NCBI GenBank assembly: GCA_048886185.1
Contig: JBHLKY010000001.1
Location: 130,436-194,435 of the forward strand
Origin: Candidatus Hermodarchaeota archaeon
GTDB taxonomy: Archaea > Asgardarchaeota > Heimdallarchaeia > Hodarchaeales > Hodarchaeaceae
Length of the DNA: 64,000 nucleotides
Direction: 5' to 3'
Shown here one piece after another: positions 9,930 to 20,288 of this stretch. The number at the start of each line of letters is the position of its first letter. Position 1 is the stretch's first letter. Below the pieces are notes generated by a model. That model was given only the letters and a program-made list of their open reading frames with translations, ran no database searches and had not been told where the DNA came from. A program made the position numbers and the translations under genes.

Positions 9930-12900
9930 TTGAATCTGAAAAAAGAGCTAAGGAACTTGAAGAATTCACACCTATTGAACCAATATATCATGAAAATTTA
10001 ATTCGGAATTTGGTTCGATTTGCATCTTTGATAGTAATTGGACTTCTAGTAGGACAACCTGCACAAAACTATCTTCCAGAAATTTATCCAACCATATTAC
10101 ATCAGATGTTGGTCTTTACTCTTTTGATAGTTTTTCTCGTTGGGCTATTCTTTACATTTTCGCAGTTACGTTGGTTTAATGAAAAAAGAAACAAGTCAAC
10201 CAATTTAGGAGGGACTATGGGTTTATTTGGACTATTTCTAACACTCATTTGTAGTGTACTTTCATTGCTTACTGTTTCATCAGCAGTTCTTATCCCTCTA
10301 CTTGGTATAGGACTGTTTTTAACATTCTTAGGGTTCTTTATAGAGACAACTCGCATAGATGAACCATTGGTATATTGGTTCAGAATGAATCTGGAGGTTA
10401 TTATACGCTATTCGATAACGGGAACTGGAGCCTTTTTGATCAACTGGAGTGTATTAATGACAATTTTGCTCTTCTTGGGATATTCGGGTATATTACCACC
10501 TTTCTATGTCTGGCCTGGAGATTCAATTGGAGGATTATTATTAGGGAGTATTGGTTTGGTTCTTGTCTGGGGTTCTTGGTATCATAGAATCACTCAAACA
10601 CTCTGGAAATATCGGATTGAAATCATTAGAACAATCGAGTTAAGTATCAGTCAGGGTCTAATCCTCATAGCACTAATAGGTCCATTCTTAAATCCGGACT
10701 TTCTTCTATACAGCTCCATTTTAGGCATCGCAGGATTAGCAGTAATATATCTAGACCTATACATATTTAAAAAGAAGGTTTTTAGTAATTTTTCCAGCGG
10801 ATTTATATCCTCTAGTCAGGTTTATGCCTCTATCATTGGTCTAATCTTCATTCTTTATGGACTAATCTTGATTCAGCAGCCTAATTGGCGATATTTCACG
10901 ATCTATCTTTATGTAATGGGATGCTTGCTGCTCTACAGAGTCTGGTTTGATAAAACCAATTACACAATAAATCGTTCTGCTCAAATCTTCGTTTGGTTTT
11001 TCCGAACTCATTATAGAGAGGTTATTACCTCTTTTTGCTTTGTCTCTATGGCTTTAGGATCTTTTTTATTTGGATTCACAAGATTGTTTTTAAGAATTAA
11101 TGATTTTTTTGATCCTGTACCTTTAGGGTTATTTCTAGTTGGTTACGCAATTGGACTAGTGGTTTGGTATATTCCAAGTCGTCATACATACTATCGAGGT
11201 ATGACAACGTCGTTAAATTTCTATTTGTTGTTATGGGGAATTTTCCTTTTTATTTTCCTCTTGCAGATAGATTCTAATGATATGATACCTTATGTGATTT
11301 CAACTACAATGTTTGTTATGGGGATGAGTGTAAACGTATGGCTTTGGAAAAGAGAAATATACAATTCAACTAAAAATACACTTATCACAATAAAAAACAC
11401 AATTTTTCAAACAATTCATGTTGTTGCCCAGTTCTTCAAAACATATTACCGTGAATTATTAACTATTGGAATTCTAAGCCTTATAACATATGGACTTGTT
11501 GTAACGTGGAGTACAGTCATTCACCCTCCCTATTGGCCATTCTTGTTTTTGATAACTGGTTATGCTATGCTTTTAGCCATCTGGCGCTTTCCTAACCGTC
11601 ATGACTATTTTCGTGGAGTGACAACAACTCTTAGTACCGTAATGATCCTTTTTGGCTTAGTATTAGTATTTTTCCAGGATTATCAATCTATCATTTGGCT
11701 TTCTGGTGGAATAATCATTATTGGTGTTGTAGTCAATGGAGCAGCGTGGCAAACGGAACTTAAACTGCTATTAATTCAAACTGCTACTGCTATCAAGAAC
11801 GTAATTGTCCGAACTGGCGTAACATTGAGAAATTTCTTTATCACTGTTAAAAATGCATTTATCCAAACTATTCATGCTCTTATTCACTTTATCGATAAAT
11901 CCCTCCATACTATCTGGGACTATCGCGTTCCTCTCATGAGGTCGATCATGACAACTATTGGTGCAATTCTAGCCATCACAGGTTTTTTATCATGGATTTT
12001 AAATTACGTATTCGACATAACTTGGATCTCTGGTCTTGAACCTTCGTTCTTGATATCTGGTATGATCCTTCTTTATATAGCTTGGTTCTATCAAGTTAAC
12101 CAGATTGTTAAGCAATCCGCTATTGCTATTCGTAATGGACTTGTCCACGTTTTTCATATTATCGCGGACTTCCTTGTGGCCGCTAAGAATACTGTCATAG
12201 TTGTTTCTCACTATATCTGGGATCACCGTGTTGACATTTTAAGAGCTCTCGTAACAATGATTGGTATTGTTTTGATCTCTACTGGGATTATTCCAGCAGA
12301 TCTAATTGATATTGACTCAAATATGAAATTAGTATTAGTAATTGGAGGTATAATTGTATTGTATTTATCCTGGCTCCAACCAGTAAACCATTTCCTCATA
12401 AAAACCTTGATTGCAATTAAAAACTTCTTTGTTGCTGTTAAGGACGCCACTATCCAGTTTATTCAAACAGCTATCCAATTTCCTGTAAATACATATCGAA
12501 AAATAGTTAATTTTCTCCAAAAATACTATATTGAAATAATTCGCTATTCTGCTACAACTATTGGGGGCTTCTCCATTTTCTTTGGGTTTTGGGGAACATT
12601 GAGGCAGGAACCGTTTGGGCTACTCATTCTTATTGCAGGATTGGCTATCCTTTATGCTGCTTGGTTCCATCATGTCAATCAATTTATTATTAGAACAATC
12701 CAGTCCATAAAGGATGCCATAATCCACGCTGCTCACGCTATTGCTAATTTTCTCCAGAATGTCAAAAATGCAATTATGCGAACTTTTTCCGCAATTGGAT
12801 CTTTCATGCAAAAAATAGCAATCCAACTGAACCAATTACTCCGTTCTATTGTAGATTTAATTATCCCAATATTTCTTCTGATTTTGTCAATCTCGGCGCT

Positions 12901-13252
12901 TTTCTATGGTATCATTCTAATTTTGTCTGGAGTATTTGATCCGACTGGAGCTCTTTTTAGTGATCTTCTTCTTCCAATTCCTCTTTTTGGAGATCTTTTG
13001 GATTTTCTTGCTCGATTGCTTCAGGGAGAAATCTATGAAGGGAATATCCTAGGTGTTTTTGCTAATCAAGACCCCATATTTCAAATTCTGGTTGGTATAG
13101 GCATTATTATATTCGGTGGTGTTGTATTTTTATTTGTGGCGCTAAAGAAGGAGAAAATGAGAATTAGATCCCTTTTGAAGGCTGATGAAACGTATTCTCA
13201 AGCAACACTTGATAAAGAAGAGGTTAATGACCTTGATGGTGGTAAAAAGTGA
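9926..13252 (+). CDS. giant (1108 aa) polytopic membrane protein with about 5 internal repeat modules
   Basis: A soluble charged N-terminus is followed by more than 20 predicted TM helices. There are recurrent amphipathic modules '..AIKNxxVxxxxxxxNFFxxVKNAxIQTIHxxxxF..' (about 5 copies) and repeated 'W(Y/R)(I/F)P(S/N)RH(T/D)Y(Y/F)RG(M/V)TT' segments. It is translationally coupled on both sides. Confidence 0.6.
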   Translation: MIESEKRAKELEEFTPIEPIYHENLIRNLVRFASLIVIGLLVGQPAQNYLPEIYPTILHQMLVFTLLIVFLVGLFFTFSQLRWFNEKRNKSTNLGGTMGLFGLFLTLICSVLSLLTVSSAVLIPLLGIGLFLTFLGFFIETTRIDEPLVYWFRMNLEVIIRYSITGTGAFLINWSVLMTILLFLGYSGILPPFYVWPGDSIGGLLLGSIGLVLVWGSWYHRITQTLWKYRIEIIRTIELSISQGLILIALIGPFLNPDFLLYSSILGIAGLAVIYLDLYIFKKKVFSNFSSGFISSSQVYASIIGLIFILYGLILIQQPNWRYFTIYLYVMGCLLLYRVWFDKTNYTINRSAQIFVWFFRTHYREVITSFCFVSMALGSFLFGFTRLFLRINDFFDPVPLGLFLVGYAIGLVVWYIPSRHTYYRGMTTSLNFYLLLWGIFLFIFLLQIDSNDMIPYVISTTMFVMGMSVNVWLWKREIYNSTKNTLITIKNTIFQTIHVVAQFFKTYYRELLTIGILSLITYGLVVTWSTVIHPPYWPFLFLITGYAMLLAIWRFPNRHDYFRGVTTTLSTVMILFGLVLVFFQDYQSIIWLSGGIIIIGVVVNGAAWQTELKLLLIQTATAIKNVIVRTGVTLRNFFITVKNAFIQTIHALIHFIDKSLHTIWDYRVPLMRSIMTTIGAILAITGFLSWILNYVFDITWISGLEPSFLISGMILLYIAWFYQVNQIVKQSAIAIRNGLVHVFHIIADFLVAAKNTVIVVSHYIWDHRVDILRALVTMIGIVLISTGIIPADLIDIDSNMKLVLVIGGIIVLYLSWLQPVNHFLIKTLIAIKNFFVAVKDATIQFIQTAIQFPVNTYRKIVNFLQKYYIEIIRYSATTIGGFSIFFGFWGTLRQEPFGLLILIAGLAILYAAWFHHVNQFIIRTIQSIKDAIIHAAHAIANFLQNVKNAIMRTFSAIGSFMQKIAIQLNQLLRSIVDLIIPIFLLILSISALFYGIILILSGVFDPTGALFSDLLLPIPLFGDLLDFLARLLQGEIYEGNILGVFANQDPIFQILVGIGIIIFGGVVFLFVALKKEKMRIRSLLKADETYSQATLDKEEVNDLDGGKK

Positions 13253-14433
13253 CAGTTAATAGAAAGAGATCGAAAGAAAAATCAGATGATATAGCTAAAA
13301 TCCCAAACATCTCTCTCGATCAGGAGAAAGAAGCAAGGGGTAAACGTCTCCAGGAAGCATCATTTTCGGAACTTGTCTCATTTTCAAGATTTACACTAAT
13401 AGCAATCTGCATATTTATACTAGCTTTAATAATTTCAATTATTCTCCAATATAGCCCACTTGAAAACCCTGGACGATACGTAACTGGAATTATAGGGATT
13501 TCAATTCTTATCCTGCTCCTTAGTTTAATCGTTGATATTCTACGTTGGAGAGATTATACCGAATGGGGAGCTTTGGGAGCTTTAATCTCCTATGGTGGAA
13601 TTCTCCTAATTTTCATGCCACTTTCTCTCAATATGGTGATCCTGATCGAAGATGTTACTTTCCTGGTTCCATTCTTTGGAGAATTTAGCTTATATCTAAT
13701 AATCATTATTTTAGGTGTCGTCATTTTTACTATTGGATTCACTTCTAGAGCCACTGAACTTGACCACAAAATTGAAAACCTTCTCTTTATAATGAAGCAA
13801 TGGATAACTACATTTGCTTTTCGACAATTCTTTCGAACCCTTGGAGAGTTTATTCTAACATTTATTAGTGGATTTTTCAGGTATATTGGGAGGGGAATCC
13901 GAGAATTGAGAACTCGTATAGCAAGGCTTCTTAGATGGACAACACGATCTTTCATTTTCTTTTTAACCTCCATCAAGGATTTCTTTTACCATACCTTCCC
14001 CCAGATACTAAAACGATCATTGATCGGATTTTGGAACAATTTTCATTGGCTGGGATTAATTGCTGTTATCGTCTATGTTATTCTGACTGATATTCCTATT
14101 CCAAATATTGATCCTTTTCTTATCAAAGCAGAGCTACTTATTGTTATTGGTTTTTTCTTTTGTCTTGGGATCCTTTACCCTCAGAAAGACCGTTTTGCAC
14201 TAATTGCTAAGGGTATGAGGAGCTCTGTTCTTAGTAGAGTGATAAGTGCTTATAGTATGCTCTCAGGAACCAAAATAGAAATGGACAAAGCTATTTTCTG
14301 CTCTAGATGTCTTAGAGGGGTTGAAGTTAGAGAATTTGAATCCCTCATGGAAATTAAAGGGATGATAGATCCACCCTGCCCGTTTTGTGGATTTAATAGT
14401 TGGATTGGATCTGAAAAAGTGTCTATCCCTTAA
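13249..14433 (+). CDS. membrane protein with a C-terminal CxxC...CxxC zinc ribbon (GTG start)
   Basis: The GTG start overlaps the upstream TGA. There are multiple TM helices and a C-terminal 'CSRCLRGVEV...CPFCGF'. Confidence 0.5.
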   Translation: MTVNRKRSKEKSDDIAKIPNISLDQEKEARGKRLQEASFSELVSFSRFTLIAICIFILALIISIILQYSPLENPGRYVTGIIGISILILLLSLIVDILRWRDYTEWGALGALISYGGILLIFMPLSLNMVILIEDVTFLVPFFGEFSLYLIIIILGVVIFTIGFTSRATELDHKIENLLFIMKQWITTFAFRQFFRTLGEFILTFISGFFRYIGRGIRELRTRIARLLRWTTRSFIFFLTSIKDFFYHTFPQILKRSLIGFWNNFHWLGLIAVIVYVILTDIPIPNIDPFLIKAELLIVIGFFFCLGILYPQKDRFALIAKGMRSSVLSRVISAYSMLSGTKIEMDKAIFCSRCLRGVEVREFESLMEIKGMIDPPCPFCGFNSWIGSEKVSIP

Positions 14434-14535
14434 GACAAGCTTTTGCAAAAGGAGAAACTCGAAGTTCCCACTATTCCAAAACCTCATCCAAAAGAATCTA
14501 TTTCTCCTTCTGAAATAGTAATGACTGATGAATAG

Positions 14536-15948
14536 AAGAAAGCTATTAAAAAAGGTCACTTTCCTGATTATCAATCATATCAGCGGGCACAGAACCTCGG
14601 AGCACAGACTCACTCTGAAGTGGAGTTCATCGATCGCCTTGGGGCCCCGAATTTAGCTATAGCTGAAAAAATCAAAGCAGGGGGATTTTCTCATTTTGAA
14701 ACATACCAAAAAGCTCAGGCTGTTGGTGCTTCTACTGCCTCGGAATTATCTTTGATAACAGAATTGCAAGCTCCTGATTTAGCTACTATGAAAGAAATTC
14801 AGAAAGGTAAATTTCCTGATTTTCCATCTTATCAACGAACGTAGAATCTCGGAGCTTCAACCTATTACGAACTAGAAGTTATTGATCACCTTGGAGCCCC
14901 TAATTTTAAAACTGTTGAGAAAATTAAAAATGGAGGATTTCGTGATTATAAAAATTATGAGAAAGCTTTGGCGGTTGGAGCTTCCAATATATCTGAATTG
15001 CGTATAGTAAAAAAATTCAATGCTCCAGATCTGAGTACTGCGAGAAAAATTCAGAAAAGGAGATTTCCAGACTATCAAACGTTTAAACGAGCTCAGGATC
15101 TGGGAGTGCAAAAGTATTCTGATTTAAGAATCATTGATCGTTTTAAAGCTCCAGACCTTGAGACAGCGAAGAAAATCATTGATAGCGGTTTCTCTACTCT
15201 TGAAACTTATCAAAAAGCTCAAACTATTGGTGCTTCCACTTTCTCAGAATTAAAATTAATTGAAAAATTACAAGCTCCTGATTTAGCTACCACGAGAGAA
15301 ATTCAGAGCGGAAATTTCCCTGATTATCAAACCTATCGACAGGCACGAAGCCTTGGAGCACGAACTTACTCTGAACTACAGTTAATGACTAAACGACCAA
15401 CTATCAGTGCTGATGTTGAAGTACAATCTGCACAAGAAAAAATAAGCTCCAAGAGAGTGATAGAAGAGATTAGTGCGGAAGTAGGAACCCAGACATTGAT
15501 CACAAAGAAACTGCAAGACGAAAGATTATTCCCAATTGATGAAGAGGCAATCGAAGTTTCATCAAAGATTGAAGAGCCACAAAAAGAAGTACAGGTTTCT
15601 GTCCCTGACATAAGAGATGAATCACTTATCAGGAAAAGAGATGCTCCTGCTGAAGAAATACCAAGTACAGAACGAAAAATTTCGAAAAAAGAAGTTCCTG
15701 TAAAACAAGTAATCGAGATAATTGACGTATTCTTTGCTTCTGATTTGTTAGTAACATCAGAAACCCAAGATAAATGGGACATGCATAAAAAGGAGTATTA
15801 TCGTCAACGAACGTTATTCCTTGACTTTGGAGAGCTCAGTGAATCCTCCTTTAGGTCTTATCTTCAGAAATTGAGAATGTTTTTCACTCAGGAAATGGGT
15901 ATTCAACACGACAAATTATTCAAACTAGACGTAGAAGACACTGAATAA
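14536..15948 (+). pseudogene. 42-aa tandem-repeat protein gene interrupted by an in-frame TAG (no ATG start; possibly disrupted or non-canonical)
   Basis: One frame is open from 14536 to 15948 apart from TAG at 14842-14844, which replaces a conserved Gln of the repeat. The frame is continuous with upstream gene 13249-14433 across TAA 14431-33 and TAG 14533-35. There is no in-frame ATG before repeat 7. Confidence 0.4.
14560..15390 (+). repeat. about 6.6 copies of a 126-nt (42-aa) tandem repeat in perfect register
   Basis: Repeat units start at 14560, 14686, 14812, 14938, 15064, 15190 and 15316. Consensus is 'FPDYQTYxxAQxLGAxTYSELxLIxxLxAPDLxTAKKIQxGx'. Confidence 0.8.
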
Positions 15949-16030
15949 ACATTGGAGATAAGAGAAGCGCGACAAAAACTAGAAAAACCGAGTTACAATC
16001 AAATAATAATTATCTGAGAGATGATTCAAA

Positions 16031-16840
16031 GTGCAATCAGGACTTTATGGTGAGCATGTATTAATAACTGGAGCTAGTGGGGGTATTGGCCAAGCTACTG
16101 CAAAGCTTTTTAATGAAGAGGGCTGTTGTCTTTCTCTTCATTATAATAAAAATGCAGACCAACTTCAGAAATTCTCTTCGGAGTTAGAAGGTGACCATTG
16201 TATAGTTCAGGCGGAATTATCTTCTGAAGAAGAAACTCAACAGATGTTCAACGATTCTATTGCCACTTTTGGGAGGATAGACCGACTCGTGGTAAGTCAC
16301 GGTATTTGGCCAGAAGAAAATATCCCTGCCAATGAAATGACTATCGATCAATGGGATAGAACTATCTCGATTAATCTTCGTGCTGCATTTCTGTGTAGTA
16401 AACTTTTTTTGCAGAACTTGGTGAAATTCCCTAAGGATAACGCGAGTATTGTCTATATTGGGAGTACAGCAGGAGTTTTCGGGGAAGCAGGTCATGTAGA
16501 CTATGCTGTTTCAAAAGCAGGGCTTAATGGGCTCATGCTTTCTTTAAAAAATGAAATTGTAAAAATCGCTTCACGAGGTAGAGTGAATATTGTCGCTCCA
16601 GGATGGACTATAACTCCTATGACCAAGAAGTTTCTGGAAGATCACAAAGGGGTCCGTACAGTTTTACAGACAATGCCTTTACGTAAAATAGCTCGTTCCA
16701 TGGATATTGCGCAGTGTATTGTTTTCCTTTCATCAGATAATCTTGCTGGTCACATCTCTGGTCAATTAATTACTGTAGCAGGGGGCATGGAGGGAAGACG
16801 ACTCTTCGAACCTCATGAAATAGATATAGAGCGGATTTAG
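16031..16840 (+). CDS. short-chain dehydrogenase/reductase (SDR)
   Basis: 'VLITGASGGIGQATAK' is the TGxxxGxG motif and 'YAVSKAG' the YxxxK motif. GTG start. Confidence 0.8.
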   Translation: MQSGLYGEHVLITGASGGIGQATAKLFNEEGCCLSLHYNKNADQLQKFSSELEGDHCIVQAELSSEEETQQMFNDSIATFGRIDRLVVSHGIWPEENIPANEMTIDQWDRTISINLRAAFLCSKLFLQNLVKFPKDNASIVYIGSTAGVFGEAGHVDYAVSKAGLNGLMLSLKNEIVKIASRGRVNIVAPGWTITPMTKKFLEDHKGVRTVLQTMPLRKIARSMDIAQCIVFLSSDNLAGHISGQLITVAGGMEGRRLFEPHEIDIERI

Positions 16841-16869
16841 AGTAATTTAATAAAATCTTTATTTGGTTT

Positions 16870-19554
16870 TCATGATGACAATTCTTTGGTTACGACAGTT
16901 AAGTCAAGTTTAACTCCTTTATAGAATGCGGGGATTTGGGAGAGTAGTACAACACCAAGGATTCCTCCCCAAATGAATATCCAAGTAATCGAATTAATTA
17001 TGATTTCAAAATAGAATAATCGCAAAATATTATCTAAAATCCAGCTTGCGATCCAAAGACCGATTGGAATTCCTAGGAAAATACCTAGAATTGCTTGACT
17101 TAGATTTTCAAGAGTCATAATAAACAGAAATTCCCCATCAGATAATCCAAGGGTCAACATTGTTGCAATCTCGCGTTTTCTCTCCTGAAAATTCACGTAA
17201 ATTGTCGTGAATATCGACGCTCCTGCTAATAAGCACGAAAAGATCAAAAACACCGCAATAACAGCATTGAAGGCCGCCATTAATACATTAACCGACTGAC
17301 GAAAATCAACGCTGAGTTCGATAGATCTAACATCTTCCAACAGAGAGATAGATCTTTTTATTTCTTCTAGCAACGTTATATTCGATGGTTGGCTTATTTT
17401 AAGGATTAATTGTGATGTAGGAGTTAGGTCGATGTCTAATTCTGTTTTAAATTTATCGATCCACAACTCTTCTGCAATAGTTTGAAGGGTAGTATATACC
17501 ATACTTCCCCAAATTTCTTTGCTTACTCCTGAAACTGTGATATAGGGACTACTGAAATCTATATTTCTTACATTTTCAGAAAAAGAGATACTTTCCGTGT
17601 TTTGTTTTATAAGTTCTTTTAGGTACATCAACGTTTCATTTCGTCCATGGGTTTGAAGTGTATCATTAGCCATTTTCCATACTATCCTCACCTGATTATC
17701 AATAAATGGGAGCGTATACTTTATTAAACTTCCAGCTCTGATGCTTAACTTATTTGCAAGAGCAGAACAGACAACCATACTTCCAGTTGTCCAAAGTGTA
17801 TCCTCATTAGTAGACCAACGAAAATTATGAGTAGCAGGATTTGAGAAGTTCCATGCAGTGATTAAAACTTCTTGTGATTTCCCATTACTTTCTATTTTCG
17901 AGGGTATTTGAAGTACTGGGTCTATGGATACGACTCCTGGTAGATTCTGGATAAATTCTACATCTTCTTTCACTCCTAGATCAAAATAATTTACACCTTG
18001 GTATTTGATAATCATATCATATTGAGAAATTTCAAAGAACTGACTATTAACTCCAGCAGTCACCGAATCAATAAATGCGAATGACACGATGATGATCATC
18101 ACAGCTGCAGCTATAGCTGTAATTGTTGCTAATGTGTGAATTCTTTTCCGAAAAAGATTTCTAATTGGCAGTGTTATACGTAATCCCAGAAGTTTCACCA
18201 AGGGAATTTTCTCTAAAAGGGCATGTGAGCCCTTTTCAATGATAAACATTGTTTGAAGAGCTTTACGAGGGGTCAATCGGCTAGCATTCCAAGCAGGGAC
18301 AGCTCCACCAAGAAAACTCACTCCTAGACCCGTTATTAAGGCTATGAGCACTAGATGTAATTGAATATTTATCTCAATTATCTGAGGGAACCTCATGAAA
18401 TATGAATAGACCCATGTAACCAGACCTGAGGTAATAATTCCAAATCCAATCCCTAATATACTTCCTAAACCTCCAATTACCAAAACAAAGCAGATATAAT
18501 GTAAAAAAATATCATTCGGGAAATAACCTATACAAGAAGCAATACCAATATTACGTCTTTGACTCTGGACTGTTCTACCTAAAGTAATATAAATTGAAAC
18601 TGCAGCAACTCCTAAAACAATAATTGGAAGAGCTAAAGCTATTTCCTCAAATGTCTCTAAGTCTAATCGAAGTGCAAGGTTTGAAACTTGGTTTTCTTGC
18701 ATCACAGGAGGATTGAAAGGTACATCAATAGAAGCCTCAAGGACTTCAGCGAATTCTTCAATTATCCGATTTCGGGTCACAATGTCTACATTCGATGCCA
18801 TTTTGATAATGACATTGTTCGCCAATCCAGTAAGGTTTGTGTAAGATTGTAATCTCTCTATGGGTAAAAATATTATTCCAAAAACGCTCGTGGGAAGAAA
18901 ATCATGTTTTGAGGGGATGATGACAAGAAATTCGGGACTAAAAACAACACCTTGGACAGTAAAATTAAATTTCTGGTCTAATATTGTTGTAGAAAGGATG
19001 TCTCCCTTTGAAATTTTAAATTTTTGAGCAAAGTGAGATTCTAATAAAATTGACTTGTCTTGAGAAAAAGAATCTGAGTATGAACCACTCGTAAAAATCA
19101 AATCATTAATGCGATTGGCTTCCACTTCGGGCCATTTAATACCAATTGCACGACCCCTTGCTAAGAATTGACGAATAGAGGAGTCACTAGAGCTCGTGAT
19201 GTTATAACTAGTACCAGTCACAAGACGGAAATTAATTGCTTGGATCTCTTCTGCATACTTAGATGATACGAAATCGGTCACAATAGCCTCCATTTCTGTA
19301 GTATTAAAGCAGGTGTCACTATATGTGGAAAATTCAGCATCTGCGAAATTTGTTTGCTTATAAATGTGGTTATATGAAGTATAAAGATTCTCGTAGCCCA
19401 TTGCTAATGCAAGAAATGAGCCAGTACCGAAAAAACATAGTATAATCAATGCAAATGTTAAGAGTTTACTTCGAACAAGATCTCTACCAAGCTTCTTGAA
19501 CCAAATTCGTGTTAGAAATTTCATATTCGACGTTCTTAAGTGTATCTTTACCAT
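16870..19554 (-). CDS. ABC transporter permease, FtsX/MacB-like with two FtsX domains
   Basis: 894 aa. An N-terminal TM is followed by a large extracytoplasmic domain then 3-4 TM, twice over. It overlaps the upstream ATPase gene by 7 nt. Confidence 0.75.
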   Translation of the reverse strand: MVKIHLRTSNMKFLTRIWFKKLGRDLVRSKLLTFALIILCFFGTGSFLALAMGYENLYTSYNHIYKQTNFADAEFSTYSDTCFNTTEMEAIVTDFVSSKYAEEIQAINFRLVTGTSYNITSSSDSSIRQFLARGRAIGIKWPEVEANRINDLIFTSGSYSDSFSQDKSILLESHFAQKFKISKGDILSTTILDQKFNFTVQGVVFSPEFLVIIPSKHDFLPTSVFGIIFLPIERLQSYTNLTGLANNVIIKMASNVDIVTRNRIIEEFAEVLEASIDVPFNPPVMQENQVSNLALRLDLETFEEIALALPIIVLGVAAVSIYITLGRTVQSQRRNIGIASCIGYFPNDIFLHYICFVLVIGGLGSILGIGFGIITSGLVTWVYSYFMRFPQIIEINIQLHLVLIALITGLGVSFLGGAVPAWNASRLTPRKALQTMFIIEKGSHALLEKIPLVKLLGLRITLPIRNLFRKRIHTLATITAIAAAVMIIIVSFAFIDSVTAGVNSQFFEISQYDMIIKYQGVNYFDLGVKEDVEFIQNLPGVVSIDPVLQIPSKIESNGKSQEVLITAWNFSNPATHNFRWSTNEDTLWTTGSMVVCSALANKLSIRAGSLIKYTLPFIDNQVRIVWKMANDTLQTHGRNETLMYLKELIKQNTESISFSENVRNIDFSSPYITVSGVSKEIWGSMVYTTLQTIAEELWIDKFKTELDIDLTPTSQLILKISQPSNITLLEEIKRSISLLEDVRSIELSVDFRQSVNVLMAAFNAVIAVFLIFSCLLAGASIFTTIYVNFQERKREIATMLTLGLSDGEFLFIMTLENLSQAILGIFLGIPIGLWIASWILDNILRLFYFEIIINSITWIFIWGGILGVVLLSQIPAFYKGVKLDLTVVTKELSS

Positions 19555-20288
19555 ATTAGATTACTCACTTCCACTGGTTCTCGCTGCTCAAAGTGGATCA
19601 TTTGCCCCATTTGCATTGTTAAGACCATATCTGCTATTTTAGCGATTTGTTGGTTGTGGGTTGCAAGAATAAATGTTTTTTTGGTTTGTTTGTTCAGTTC
19701 TTTCATCAACTTAAGAACAGAGATTCCAGCACGATAATCAAGATTACCAGTGGGTTCATCAGCTACAACAATTGGTGGATCTTTAGCCAGAGCTCGTGCG
19801 ATGGCAACCCGTTGTTGTTCCCCCCCACTTAATTGTGAGGGAAAATGATTAGCTCGTTCTTTTAGTCCAACTTTGTCTAACCATATCAAAGCTTTTTCGT
19901 GAATATTCTTTTTCTTAAAAGTTCTAGCCCCATTTGTGGTTGGTACCCCAACCAAATCCAAAGCAAATTCAATGTTTTCTGAAGCAGTAAGAGTTGGTAA
20001 TAGATTGAAAAATTGAAAAATAAATCCTATTTTTTGTCGACGAAATTGGGCTCTCTGTTTTCGATTAAGAAAGGTGATGTCGACCCCTTCAATATGAATT
20101 CTACCTGAAGTAGGAAAGTCAATAGCTGAAACTAAGTTTAAAAGGGTTGTTTTTCCAGAACCAGATGGCCCAAGTAAAACTACAAACAATCCAGGTTCAA
20201 TGTCAAGTGTTATTCCATGTAGGGCGTTGACCGTCACCTCACCCATTTTGTAGTTTTTTGTTACCTCTTGAAGAGAAATTTGAGTCAA
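19548..20288 (-). CDS. ABC transporter ATP-binding protein (LolD/MacB family)
   Basis: Walker A 'GPSGSGKTT', signature '[15 protein letters not shown]', Walker B '[11 protein letters not shown]'. Confidence 0.85.
   Translation of the reverse strand: MTQISLQEVTKNYKMGEVTVNALHGITLDIEPGLFVVLLGPSGSGKTTLLNLVSAIDFPTSGRIHIEGVDITFLNRKQRAQFRRQKIGFIFQFFNLLPTLTASENIEFALDLVGVPTTNGARTFKKKNIHEKALIWLDKVGLKERANHFPSQLSGGEQQRVAIARALAKDPPIVVADEPTGNLDYRAGISVLKLMKELNKQTKKTFILATHNQQIAKIADMVLTMQMGQMIHFEQREPVEVSNLIW

Noticed and set aside
14533-14844. In-frame TAG codons as evidence for pyrrolysine/amber recoding across the genome
   Set aside because: TAG clearly terminates several well-supported genes in the window (3911-4942, 5674-6378 and 21191-22699 all end in TAG). 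A genome-wide reassignment is therefore not supported. A local nonsense mutation or error is more parsimonious.
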